Assembly: GCA_050953065.1 (NCBI GenBank) | Contig: JBMNLZ010000003.1 | Location: 416,001 to 480,000 of the forward strand | Length of the DNA stretch: 64,000 nt | Direction: 5' to 3' | Source of the DNA: Bacilli bacterium | GTDB taxonomy: Bacteria > Bacillota_I > Bacilli_A > ML615J-28 > CAG-698 | Shown here: positions 9,701 through 18,795 of the stretch, in pieces | Position numbering within the stretch: the first letter of the stretch is position 1 | Layout of the letters: each line of letters opens with the position of its first letter | Notes under the pieces: generated by a model | Database searches by the model: none | The model's input: only the letters and a program-made list of their open reading frames with translations | What the model was told of the DNA's origin: nothing | Position numbers and translations under genes: made by a program

Positions 9701-10734
9701 ACTGTAATTGTAGCAACCCCTGCTGCAAGACCTGTTACTTTACCCGTTTGATCAACTGATACGATTTCATCTTGTTCAGTTCCCCAAACTAAAGTTCCAG
9801 TTGCACCACTTGGTTGAATTTCTGCAGTAAGGTTAATACTCTTACCAGTATCTACACTAGTTGGACCTGAAATTGTAATCCCTGATGGATTAATTATTTC
9901 TGATACAACTTGAATTGTTTTTGTTTTTATTACACCTGGGTAATCTACTAAAGAAACTAAAATAATTGTTGAACCAACAGAAACACCTGTTACAACTCCT
10001 GTTTCTGCATCAACTGTTGCAATTGCATTATTACTACTACTAAATGCAGCTGCGAAATCTCCTGCAACATCTGCTGAATAAGTAAGTTGAATAGACTCAC
10101 CAATTGCTACTACATTTTCGCCATATACTTCAAGTGCAGTCGGTACAACTATACTTCCTTCTGGAACAACATTAACTGTTACTTCATCATCAGCACCACC
10201 AGCTGCTGCTTTAACTGTTGTTGTTCCTTCTTTTAAGGCTGTAAACTTCCCTGCAGCTGTGATAGTTCCTACAGCTTGATTGCTAGAAGTCCACTTTAAC
10301 GTGTCTGTATAAGCAACATTGCTTGTAACAGCGAAGTTATGTGTATCTCCTACTTCCAAAGTTATTTCTCTAGCCCCGTTTATCGTAAGCGTTAAAACAA
10401 CAGGCGCTGTTACTGAAACAACTAATGTACAAGCCTTTCCTTGAACATTATTCAACCTTGCAGTAATTGTTGTACTACCAACACCTACTGCCTTTAAATA
10501 ATAATCATCGCCTACTTGTTCGATAATTACTACTGCTTCATTCCCCGATGCATATGTTATGCTCGGTTTTTCAGCTAAATTAGTAATTGTTGGAAAAAGT
10601 TTTTCCGTTGCATCAACTTCTAATCTATAATTAGTTTTGTTGAAGGAAAAAGTTATTGGATTCGTATTTTGAAAACATCCAACCAATAAAAATAAGCCCA
10701 AAGCTAAAAGCAAAAATTTTCTCATTTTTCTCAT
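6730..10734 (-). CDS. Large surface lipoprotein with about 12 Big_2 Ig-like repeats and an InlB B-repeat-like module carrying an inserted domain
   Basis: Lipobox LLVGC; about 80-aa Ig repeats; YTLNYTLNGG ... REGYVFEGWYDN...YYAKW. Confidence 0.85.
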   Translation of the reverse strand: MRKMRKFLLLALGLFLLVGCFQNTNPITFSFNKTNYRLEVDATEKLFPTITNLAEKPSITYASGNEAVVIIEQVGDDYYLKAVGVGSTTITARLNNVQGKACTLVVSVTAPVVLTLTINGAREITLEVGDTHNFAVTSNVAYTDTLKWTSSNQAVGTITAAGKFTALKEGTTTVKAAAGGADDEVTVNVVPEGSIVVPTALEVYGENVVAIGESIQLTYSADVAGDFAAAFSSSNNAIATVDAETGVVTGVSVGSTIILVSLVDYPGVIKTKTIQVVSEIINPSGITISGPTSVDTGKSINLTAEIQPSGATGTLVWGTEQDEIVSVDQTGKVTGLAAGVATITVSLEEDGSISNTYEVTVNYVAPAVTSITINGPSTVQVGSTIELTAVASPEGASNEVSWVSLKTSRATITSAGVVTGVTEGTVTITAVSKSNSQIIGYKEITVTPGPSIEASATAETLYVGDTITVTGTVHNSSNTGVSYSSSNVLVATVNAETGVVTGVSAGTATIIATADVNASLVATVDITVAARPTITLSESAITISVTQEKTITATVTNLTDTTVTWSTSAAAYATVDQTGKITGVAEGTATITATANGDPNFTATVEVTVVPYPTITIDPTSATIVAGKTVKVTATVHNSSNTVVAYSSSDTSIATVNSSTGVVTGVAQGNVTITATADVDPDLKATCQITVNPAPTITMTPTTATVNQNETVTVTATVQNLSNTSVTYSSGDTSKATVNSSTGVVTGVAQGSVTITATSVGDPSLTATCQITVNPAPTITVAPTSGTLAIDATLQLTATVSYSSNTNVTWSTSNASVATVSSSGLVTAVAQGEAVITATAAVNTNLKATCQITVNPANYTLNYTLNGGSWSWSSGTVTTVPSGDYAGEYYIDGVSNLPEIFMQDFYKYLKDNNLLSSSLVASNLHKTTWDAFKANAVDPQAWYNWVSGTVVSYSKIDGYSQFFWNSIATDATTKKITSVTGGFFGTEPYQSKYKNLLETVHELYRTKEGAASSGYSPITTENAGVFHGRSAFGFILDGYFYGTQNVNSSTFANATLANSFRSCIPTPTLRYYESGSARVSAATTYQTTSYPHGQVAVLKEPFREGYVFEGWYDNSGLTGSPVSVIAAGTAPAAMYYAKWTAVGSYGGGSGTPSSITISAQYTSFAAGTTSQLSIVGGHQVTWSGEEGKAWIATVNETGLVTGVSAGTIIITATLVANPSVKATIELTITPGAGALTVKVQVPQSGGGGSYANPSLETISLALGGTAGYYQVFIWDTNQKAVSRLACNIVSSNTGILTISDTGNITTLATGGPVTITVTHKTGGNVGTVSVTVVA
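8165..8800. repeat. Near-identical ~245-bp tandem coding repeats (Ig units)
   Basis: GCTGGATTAACTGTAATTTGACATGTTGCT at 8165, 8408 and 8654; ACCTTGAGCAACACCTGTTACAACACCTGTTGATGAGTTAACTGTTGC at 8482 and 8728. Confidence 0.8.
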
Positions 10735-10915
10735 AATTATTCATCTCCTTTAAATAGATCTTACCCCCATTTTATATCCTTATTATAACATATTTTAGAA
10801 AAAGTAAAACCTTTTCATTAAAAAAAATAAAAATTTTTTAAATTATCTTAAGGTATCTTTAAACTTCAAATAATAATAATTAAAAAATGCCTCTTTTTTA
10901 AGAAGCATTAAGTTA

Positions 10916-11866
10916 TTATATTTCTTTAATAATCTCTATAATTTCAGAACTTTTTTTAGCATTTACTATTTTAAATTTTATTTCTTTAGCATTAACGAAA
11001 CCTTTTAAGTAAAATCCTGCAATACTTTTAAATTCCAAAACCGCAACCTTTTCTTGTTTTAAAGTGACTAAATCTATTAAATGTTTAAGCATTTTATTTT
11101 TAATTTCTTCCCTAGATGGATTTACTAAAGGAAGACCATCTAATGTATTAACAATATTTTCTATTAACCAAGGATTCCCTAAAATACCGCGGCCTATCAT
11201 TACCATATCACATCCGGTATATTTAAACATTTCTAAAGCATCCTCAACAGTTTTAATATCACCATTTCCAATGACAGGAATCTTAACACTTTCCTTAACC
11301 ATCTTTATGTAATCTAGATTTACCTTACCACGGTATAAATCACTCTTAGTTCTTCCGTGAATTGTAATAGCACTAGCTTTAGCTTTTTCAATTGCTTGAG
11401 CTATTTCAACACAGTTAATTGAATCATGATCCCAACCTGCTCTAATTTTTACACTAACAGGTAAACCGACACTATCAACTACTGCTTTTACCATTTGATA
11501 GACCTTATCTTTATCTAAAAGTAATGATGCTCCAGAATTAGATTTTAAAACCTTTTTAACAGGGCAGCCCATATTAAGATCAATCATATCTGCTTTTGTT
11601 TTTTCTTCGATTAAAATAGCAGCTTTTTTTAAATCTTCTATTTCTCCTCCAAAAAGTTGTAATGCTACAGGGCGTTCCTTTTCACTGATTGTAGTTAACT
11701 CCCAAGTCTTACTACTTTTATAAAGTAGCCCTTTAGCACTAATCATTTCAGTAAAGACTAGTCCTGCTTTATGTTCTTTCATCATTTCTCTAAATACCAA
11801 ATTACTATAGCCTGCAAGAGGCGCACTAGCAATAGGATTATTTATTAGAATATTTCCTATCTTCAT
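10916..11866 (-). CDS. dusB: tRNA-dihydrouridine synthase B
   Basis: APLAG, TEMIS, QLFG, DLNMGCP, VKIRAGW, IHGRT, GNGDI, MIGRG..GNPW. Confidence 0.92.
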   Translation of the reverse strand: MKIGNILINNPIASAPLAGYSNLVFREMMKEHKAGLVFTEMISAKGLLYKSSKTWELTTISEKERPVALQLFGGEIEDLKKAAILIEEKTKADMIDLNMGCPVKKVLKSNSGASLLLDKDKVYQMVKAVVDSVGLPVSVKIRAGWDHDSINCVEIAQAIEKAKASAITIHGRTKSDLYRGKVNLDYIKMVKESVKIPVIGNGDIKTVEDALEMFKYTGCDMVMIGRGILGNPWLIENIVNTLDGLPLVNPSREEIKNKMLKHLIDLVTLKQEKVAVLEFKSIAGFYLKGFVNAKEIKFKIVNAKKSSEIIEIIKEI

Positions 11867-12320
11867 CTGCTTTCTCTTTTCTTATTTTCTTAAAAAAACT
11901 TTGCATTAGATTTTTTATTTCTTCTTCATAAAGCCCACTAACAACTTCAACCTTATGATTAAACTCGCATTTGTTAACATCTATCACACTATTAATAGCA
12001 CCAAACTTTTCTTCTTTTAATCCATAAACTATTTTTTTCATTCTGGCTTGCATAATCACGCCACTACACATTAAGCAAGGTTCTACTGTAACATAAATTG
12101 TAGCATCATCTAATATCCAACGCTTTAATTTTTTACAGGCCTTTGAAATTGCTAAAACTTCTGCATGGTATAATACTTGTCTTTTTGTATGTCTTAAATT
12201 ATGAGCTTTTGAGATTACTTTATTGTTAACTACTACAATCGCTCCAATTGGTACTTCGCCCTTAAGAAAAGCCTTTTTAGCTTCTAAAAAGGCTAGTTTC
12301 ATATATTCTAAATCGCTCAT
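11838..12320 (-). CDS. tadA: tRNA adenosine(34) deaminase
   Basis: [18 protein letters not shown]; start moved to ATG 12320, which overlaps the tdk stop (ATGA). Confidence 0.88.
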   Translation of the reverse strand: MSDLEYMKLAFLEAKKAFLKGEVPIGAIVVVNNKVISKAHNLRHTKRQVLYHAEVLAISKACKKLKRWILDDATIYVTVEPCLMCSGVIMQARMKKIVYGLKEEKFGAINSVIDVNKCEFNHKVEVVSGLYEEEIKNLMQSFFKKIRKEKADEDRKYSNK

Positions 12321-12889
12321 TTTACAACATGGCAATGACGACATCTTGCTTCGTAATGTTCTTTAGCACCAACCATAATAATAGGGTCTTCATATCTTGC
12401 TGGTTGTTGATCAATAATTCTTTGAGTTCTAGTAGCTAAAGTTCCACAAACCTGACAAATCGCACTAAGTTTTGTAACGTATTCTGCTCTTGCCATTAAC
12501 TCTGGCATCACTCCAAAGGGTTCTCCTCTAAAGTCTCTATCAAGCCCTGCAATGATTACTCTAACTCCTTTATTGGCTAGATTTTCTGCTACATCAACAA
12601 TTCCTTTATCTAAGAACTGTACTTCATCAATTGCAACTACTGAAACATCATTAGTAACGGCTTCTAAGATTTCGCTAGAGTTTCTAATTCCAATTGATTT
12701 AGCTCTCTCATTATTATGTGAAACAACTTCTTCGCTACTATAGCGACTATCTAATATAGGTTTAAATACTAAAATATTTTGTTTAGCATATTCAACCCTT
12801 CTAACCCTTCTTAATAACTCCTCAGTTTTCCCCGCAAACATGCACCCTGTAATTACTTCTATCCAACCCGGTTTTATTTGAGCTTCCAT
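12317..12889 (-). CDS. tdk: Thymidine kinase
   Basis: [24 protein letters not shown], Zn ligands CQVC and CRHC. Confidence 0.95.
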   Translation of the reverse strand: MEAQIKPGWIEVITGCMFAGKTEELLRRVRRVEYAKQNILVFKPILDSRYSSEEVVSHNNERAKSIGIRNSSEILEAVTNDVSVVAIDEVQFLDKGIVDVAENLANKGVRVIIAGLDRDFRGEPFGVMPELMARAEYVTKLSAICQVCGTLATRTQRIIDQQPARYEDPIIMVGAKEHYEARCRHCHVVK

Positions 12890-12969
12890 TTGTATTCCTC
12901 CTTTTACATCCTACCTAAATTATACTACATTTCATTCATTTTAAAAAGCCATTTTTTATGTTTTTTAAG

Positions 12970-12998
12970 TTGACAAGGAAGTTTTCTTATTGTATAAT
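12970..12998 (+). promoter_or_regulatory. Consensus sigma-A promoter of rpmE
   Basis: TTGACA-17 nt-TATAAT. Confidence 0.85.
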
Positions 12999-13055
12999 CT
13001 ACTAGTATCTTACTATAGTTACTATTTAATAAACTATGGCGGAAGGAGTAAACAT

Positions 13056-13268
13056 ATGAAAAAAGGAATTCATCCAAACTACCAAAAAGTTAAAGTTGTT
13101 TGTACTACTTGTGGAAACACTTTTGAAACTGGTTCAGTTTTAAAAGAAATGAGGGTTGATACATGTTCAAATTGTCATCCATTCTATACAGGGCAACAAA
13201 AATTTGTTCAAGCTACTGGTCAAGTTGAAAAATTCAAAAAACGTTTAGCTAAAAAAGAAGAAAAATAG
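13056..13268 (+). CDS. rpmE: 50S ribosomal protein L31 (Zn-binding type)
   Basis: [24 protein letters not shown]; AAGGAG RBS before ATG 13056. Confidence 0.95.
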   Translation: MKKGIHPNYQKVKVVCTTCGNTFETGSVLKEMRVDTCSNCHPFYTGQQKFVQATGQVEKFKKRLAKKEEK

Positions 13269-13282
13269 TTTTCTTTAAAAAT

Positions 13283-13312
13283 AAAACCTACCAATGTAGG
13301 TTTTTATTTTTT
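13283..13312 (+). terminator. rpmE terminator
   Basis: AAAACCTAC-CAAT-GTAGGTTTTT hairpin. Confidence 0.75.
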
Positions 13313-13320
13313 ATTAAATT

Positions 13321-13352
13321 AAAAAACTCATAACTTCTGTTATGAGTTTTTT
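13321..13352 (-). terminator. lemA terminator
   Basis: AAAAAACTCATAAC-TTCT-GTTATGAGTTTTTT hairpin. Confidence 0.75.
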
Positions 13353-13359
13353 GTTTTAC

Positions 13360-13938
13360 TTAAAAACTTACCTTTACATTTTGTCTTTCTTCTTGCATTA
13401 CTTCAAAGAAAGCAGCTGATTTAAATCCAAACATTTTAGCGAAAATAACTCTTGGAAATACTTCTCTAAAATTGTTATATTTAAGAACAATATCATTATA
13501 GAATTGTCTTGAATAAGAAATTTTATCTTCTGTATCTTTTAAGTCTGCCATTAAAGTTTGGAAATTAGTATTAGCTTTTAATTCAGGATATGCTTCTCTT
13601 ACAGCAAGTAATCTAGTTAATGTTCCACTTAAAGCATTGTTTGCTTGAGCCATACCTTCAACATTATTTGCTTGAGCTGCTTGATTATACATATTTCTTG
13701 CTTTAGCAAATTCTTCAAAAATTCCACTTTCATGTTTAGCATAACCTTTAACAGTTTCTACTAAATTTGGAATCATATCAAATCTTCTTTTCAATTGAAC
13801 ATCAATTTGACTCCAAGCATTTCTAACCTTATTTCTCATTCTAACCAAACCATTATAAAGATTTATAATGACGAATAATAAAATAACTGCCACCACAGCA
13901 ATAATGATAATTGTTGTTGTACTACTTAATAAAATCAT
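13360..13938 (-). CDS. lemA: LemA family protein
   Basis: N-terminal TM helix, YNGLV, WSQIDVQLKRR.D.IPNLV, EAYPELKAN, SRQFYN. Confidence 0.93.
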   Translation of the reverse strand: MILLSSTTTIIIIAVVAVILLFVIINLYNGLVRMRNKVRNAWSQIDVQLKRRFDMIPNLVETVKGYAKHESGIFEEFAKARNMYNQAAQANNVEGMAQANNALSGTLTRLLAVREAYPELKANTNFQTLMADLKDTEDKISYSRQFYNDIVLKYNNFREVFPRVIFAKMFGFKSAAFFEVMQEERQNVKVSF

Positions 13939-13962
13939 TCACTTTTCCTCCTTTTTTATTTT

Positions 13963-15945
13963 TTATCTTGAGCGGAAGCCTCCACCGCCTCCACCGAATG
14001 AACTACCACCAGAAAAACCACCACCGCCGCCAAAGCGACCTCCTCCACCGCCTCTTGAAGCATTATGAGCAGCAATCGTAGAAATTGAATTTGTTCTTGC
14101 AGTTGAAATACTTCTTGTAATATTATTTAAAGCCGTTCCCATTCTAAAGCCATGATATCCATATCCATAAGATAGGAATGTTGATGAAGATGATGCCGCA
14201 ATTTGATCAGGCGGTAACCTAACCTCTAATTGTTTCATAACTTGATCTGCAATCTTTAGACTTGTTGCATAAACTATATAATGTTCCCAAACAATTACTC
14301 CAGGCATCGGATAATCTTTCATATTGCTAAAGTCAAGCAAAAAGTTTTTATAGGCTTTCCACTTAACAAAATCTTCATTTCCTGTTACGCTTCTTCTTTT
14401 AATAGTTGTAATATAAACTTCTAATACTACAACTATAGCAATTGATGCAATCAAGAACACATTATTAAATTCTAGATTAACACTACTTGTTAAAAAGAAA
14501 TTAATTACAATCCAAAGAATTGGAATTCCTCCAAAAATTCTAGCACTTCCCTTTTGTCTTTCTATTTCTTCATCAAAGAAATTATGAGTCTTTCCTTCTT
14601 TCTTAGCAGCATTTTTAAAATCAGTTGCTAACTTTTTAAAGTTTGCTGCTTGAGAATAATTCTTTTTAGGATATGTTTCAATTTGTTTTAAAGAAACTTC
14701 ATTTCCATCTCCAATTTCATTGATAAACCATTTAAGAATTATTCTTTCATGTTCTCTTAAAACTTCTTCTTTATCTTTATTTAAAATTAATTTAAAATTA
14801 GGTTTTTTAGCTGTTAAGCCTTCTCCAGTAGTATCTAAAACTAAAACTTTTCTTCTAATTAAATCAAGAACTGTTGCTGTAACATCCTCATCATTTATTT
14901 GTTTAAAATAATATAAATAACTCATTTCAGCTGGGCTATATGTTGCAGGTAATTCTCTATAATATTCTCCATCAAAACTAGCCTTTAATTCTTTATCATA
15001 TTTATTATAAACATGATAGAATATATAAGCCATTAATAAAACCATCGCAACAAAAGAATATAAATGTATTAGACTAACCATTCTTAGTTTATCGGCTTCT
15101 TTTGCCATTTCTAGTTCTTCTGCTAAGATATTATCCTTTTTAGTAGCATTAACAATATTAGCCTCTTTTGCATTAGGGAATAACCCTACAGGAGTTAATA
15201 ATCTAAATTCTAAAAAGTCCGCACTTTTCATATCAAATGTCATAGACATTTTGTCATTTTCAGTTATTTTGTCAATTACTCCACTATATAGTCCATGACC
15301 AAATAAGTAGTAATCATCCACTGGGAATGCATTTGCTGGTAAAGTTATATTTACTTTTCCACCCTTTACACTGTTATCAAAATATTCTATTAATTTCCAG
15401 TTCAATTGAGCAACATCATTATAAACAGTAACAGCTCCAGTGATCGTATATGTAAACTTAAAAGTCATTTCTCTTTGCATACCTTCTTTTACATAAACAA
15501 AAACTGATTCACATTCTGAAGTTTCTGCTTTAATTTTCGGAGGACAAGTTATATAAATTCCTCGCTCATCTTTATCATCATTAAAAGAATATCCAACCCA
15601 ATAATCTCCGTTCGTACAAGAAACACTACTTGCAAGAGTTAATAATCTATTATCTTGATCGTATACTTTAACATCAACACTTTCTTCATCCAAAAAAGCT
15701 TTATCAGTTGAAATAGTACTAGAGCCTTTATCATAAATAATATCTCTATAGATTACATGATAACCATCAGGATACTTCATTGTTAGGGTTTCTTCAACCA
15801 CCATATCTCCAGCATCATTTAAAGTTATCTCAGCTAGATAACTTTTAACTTTGATTGTTGAAAAATAATCATATACATTTAAGCCGACTATTATGACAGC
15901 TATAAATATAACTATTATAAGGAACATTTGGTTTTTGCTTCTCAT
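13963..15945 (-). CDS. DUF2207 family membrane protein
   Basis: NDVAQLNW, YYRELP, W..YKNFL, WEHYIVYATSL, Gly-rich C-tail; typical partner of lemA. Confidence 0.85.
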   Translation of the reverse strand: MRSKNQMFLIIVIFIAVIIVGLNVYDYFSTIKVKSYLAEITLNDAGDMVVEETLTMKYPDGYHVIYRDIIYDKGSSTISTDKAFLDEESVDVKVYDQDNRLLTLASSVSCTNGDYWVGYSFNDDKDERGIYITCPPKIKAETSECESVFVYVKEGMQREMTFKFTYTITGAVTVYNDVAQLNWKLIEYFDNSVKGGKVNITLPANAFPVDDYYLFGHGLYSGVIDKITENDKMSMTFDMKSADFLEFRLLTPVGLFPNAKEANIVNATKKDNILAEELEMAKEADKLRMVSLIHLYSFVAMVLLMAYIFYHVYNKYDKELKASFDGEYYRELPATYSPAEMSYLYYFKQINDEDVTATVLDLIRRKVLVLDTTGEGLTAKKPNFKLILNKDKEEVLREHERIILKWFINEIGDGNEVSLKQIETYPKKNYSQAANFKKLATDFKNAAKKEGKTHNFFDEEIERQKGSARIFGGIPILWIVINFFLTSSVNLEFNNVFLIASIAIVVVLEVYITTIKRRSVTGNEDFVKWKAYKNFLLDFSNMKDYPMPGVIVWEHYIVYATSLKIADQVMKQLEVRLPPDQIAASSSSTFLSYGYGYHGFRMGTALNNITRSISTARTNSISTIAAHNASRGGGGGRFGGGGGFSGGSSFGGGGGGFRSR

Positions 15946-16062
15946 TTTAATTCAACGCCCTCCAATATAAGATTATATCATATTTACTAAAACAAATAAA
16001 TAAAAACTTAATATTTTCACCTATTAATAATTATAACACTTATAATATTTATAGTAAATATT

Positions 16063-16095
16063 AAAAAAAGCCTTAAAGAAAAATCTTTAAGGCTT
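16063..16095 (-). terminator. Terminator after the amidase gene
   Basis: AAGCCTTAAAGA-AAAA-TCTTTAAGGCTT with an A tract on the plus strand. Confidence 0.75.
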
Positions 16096-16102
16096 AAATT
16101 TT

Positions 16103-18109
16103 TTATGCTGGCACTACCCAATCTAAGTCAGTAAATGTTGTAGCTTTTTCTGCTAGAGTTGCACTTTGAGTATATTCTCTAGTTTCACTACCCACTTTTA
16201 CAACCACTTTATAACTAACCGTAGGAGTTCCTCCAGGATGATCAATTATTTTCCCATAATTATCTAAAATTGTTGGAGAAAGTGATGTCCATGTAAATGT
16301 TACTCCTTCTAAATAATTAAGAGCAAATAATTCTAAACTAACTAATTCTAAAAACTCTTGCCATCTACCAGATGCTCTAATAGTTCTAGGACAATCTTTC
16401 CCAGAAAAATGCCAATGTTGTTTAACTCTATCAATTGCTAAATTATTTTCAAAACATAATTTAGCAACTAGCTTTGCTAGGTTTCTCATAGTCTTAGTAT
16501 AGTCTTTTCCTACTTCCATTGTAGATTCAATTCCTATACTATTTCTATTTCCACCATGATTACAAATGTTGCCACCAAAACTAGAATTATAATATGTTTT
16601 ATTCATAAAATAGTTCCCATTAGCACCAATTTCAACATGAATTCCACCAGGTAATATCTTAGCAGAATTTAAAATTACACCATCTGCTGTTGGAGCTAAA
16701 ATATTCGTTTTTTCTCCATTAAATGTAAAATAACCATTAGTTGTAATTCCTATAACAGGAATTTTAGTTGTTGCTTTAATACCTGTGTCAAGCAGTTCAA
16801 AAAATCTCGCTCCATCGCCTGCATGATAGGCCACTTCATTATCAGGAACATGATGATAAATCTTATCAGGTCCACATGTATAATGCCATGAAACATATCT
16901 AGTGTCTGGATTACCACCTAAACTAGATGCCGTTAAATTTTTTAAATAAGTATTATGGTGAGTTTCCCCTCCTGTTGCAGTAGCTGTATCATGAACTGTA
17001 ATAAATTCAGTTGAAGGTTTCAAAGTTCCTGGTCTCACATGAGTTGATACTTCTAATATATCCTCATAATATTCATACATTGGTTCTGTAAAGAAAGGAA
17101 TATATCCAAAACATGTATTTTCCATTTTCTCATAACCTGCTTCAAAGCCATATGAATAATATTTTAAATTAGTAACAGTTTGTTTTTCAATTTTACTTAA
17201 AAATAATTCTACTGCTTCCCATTGGTTTTCAAACACTTTATTTTCTCCTTGAATTATGCAATCATATGTTACAGTCATTTGGACTGTTGTAGGTAAAGTT
17301 AGAGTCGCTGTTAATGAAGCTTTCATATCATATAAAGGCCTTTTAATTTGACCATCTAAAGAAACAATTGAAGATCCAAATGCTGACCAAGTAATTGTAA
17401 TATCATATGGATCATATTTTATAGGTAAAATATCATCTTCTGTTAATTCACCACTTGGCATTTGAGTTGCAATCCAATTTTTAGCTTCATTAAACTTTAA
17501 TGTTGCAGGAACTCCATTAACGATAGCGTCTTCGCTATATGATTTTGTTTCTCCTTGAAAAGTAACAGTAAAATTGATTGTTACTGTAACATCATCTGCA
17601 GGCCTTAAATAAGTACCATCATTTTTAAGAACTGCTTCGTTACTACTAGTCCAAGCAATCTCACCACCATATACTGGATGAGTTACTGGATAAATTGATG
17701 TTGTTATATCACCATTAATTCTATTAGTTTTAACTTTATTCGCAAACCAGTTTGCAATAAAATCAATCGCTGATTTATCCCCATCAACAAAAGTATTCTT
17801 AACTATATTATAAGTTTTTCCACCAATTGTAATTTGAACAGTAATTTCTACTGTCTCAGTTACAGTCGGGCGAGTATATTTACCGTCATAGTCAAAATTT
17901 TCACTATTAGTATTCCAAACCACTAGTCCTCCTAGTTTAGGATGCGTTGTAGGTAAAGTGATATTCTTAGTAATTAATTCAGGAATTACAGTATCTACCC
18001 ATGCTGTTAGAGTTTCTTCGCTTACTTCATCTTCCACCTCTTTTTCTTTACATCCTGCAATAAACAAACAAAGCACTAAAACAAAAATAAATTTAAAAGT
18101 TTTTTTCAT
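16103..18109 (-). CDS. Lipoprotein with three Ig-like repeats and an N-acetylmuramoyl-L-alanine amidase (Amidase_2) domain
   Basis: Lipobox FIAGC; HP..GG.I.W...RP repeats; ITVHDT, SWHYT, AYHAGDG, GNRNSIGIE, QHWHFSGKDCP (His/His/Cys Zn ligands). Confidence 0.88.
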   Translation of the reverse strand: MKKTFKFIFVLVLCLFIAGCKEKEVEDEVSEETLTAWVDTVIPELITKNITLPTTHPKLGGLVVWNTNSENFDYDGKYTRPTVTETVEITVQITIGGKTYNIVKNTFVDGDKSAIDFIANWFANKVKTNRINGDITTSIYPVTHPVYGGEIAWTSSNEAVLKNDGTYLRPADDVTVTINFTVTFQGETKSYSEDAIVNGVPATLKFNEAKNWIATQMPSGELTEDDILPIKYDPYDITITWSAFGSSIVSLDGQIKRPLYDMKASLTATLTLPTTVQMTVTYDCIIQGENKVFENQWEAVELFLSKIEKQTVTNLKYYSYGFEAGYEKMENTCFGYIPFFTEPMYEYYEDILEVSTHVRPGTLKPSTEFITVHDTATATGGETHHNTYLKNLTASSLGGNPDTRYVSWHYTCGPDKIYHHVPDNEVAYHAGDGARFFELLDTGIKATTKIPVIGITTNGYFTFNGEKTNILAPTADGVILNSAKILPGGIHVEIGANGNYFMNKTYYNSSFGGNICNHGGNRNSIGIESTMEVGKDYTKTMRNLAKLVAKLCFENNLAIDRVKQHWHFSGKDCPRTIRASGRWQEFLELVSLELFALNYLEGVTFTWTSLSPTILDNYGKIIDHPGGTPTVSYKVVVKVGSETREYTQSATLAEKATTFTDLDWVVPA

Positions 18110-18795
18110 TTCACATCACTCCATATCCCCTTATTAGGTTTATTTATTATTTCTATATACTCTTTAGTGGTAGGATGAAAAAATCCTATTTTATAACACC
18201 AAAGCCCAAGTTGTAATTTATTAGGTTCTTGTAAGCTATATTTATAATCATTTAAAATCGGATGATTATAAAGAGCAAACTGTTTTCTTATTTGATTATA
18301 TCTTCCAGTAAGAAGTGCAATATCAACTAAAGTTAAATCCATATTGAATTTATTTAGATGTTTTAAAACTTTAAAATCTAAAATAGCTTCTTTCCCATTC
18401 AAAGTTTCAACAGCTTCTTTATCAATTTTTTCTAATTTATTAATTAATCTTTTTTTATTATCTTTAACTTTCCCAAGAACAAGCGCCAAATAGCCTTTCG
18501 TAACTCTATCCAACCTAAATTCCTCACTTAACCTAGAAGCAGCTTTTGAAGTTTTTGCTAAAACTAAAACTCCTCCTACTCTTCTATCTAACCTATGAAC
18601 TAGTCCTAAATAGACATTACCTTCCTTATTATACTTTTCTTTTAAATAAGCTTTAACAATTGTTTGAATATCTAAATCTTCAGTACTATCTTTCTGACAT
18701 AAAATATTTTCTTCTTTTAAGACTGCTATTATATGATTATCTTCATATAAGACATTTAATTCTTTTATCTTTTCGCTTAAATTATATTTCGCCAT
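18106..18795 (-). CDS. RluA-family RNA pseudouridine synthase
   Basis: LYEDNHII, VHRLDRRVGGVLV, TGRYNQIR. Confidence 0.88.
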   Translation of the reverse strand: MAKYNLSEKIKELNVLYEDNHIIAVLKEENILCQKDSTEDLDIQTIVKAYLKEKYNKEGNVYLGLVHRLDRRVGGVLVLAKTSKAASRLSEEFRLDRVTKGYLALVLGKVKDNKKRLINKLEKIDKEAVETLNGKEAILDFKVLKHLNKFNMDLTLVDIALLTGRYNQIRKQFALYNHPILNDYKYSLQEPNKLQLGLWCYKIGFFHPTTKEYIEIINKPNKGIWSDVK

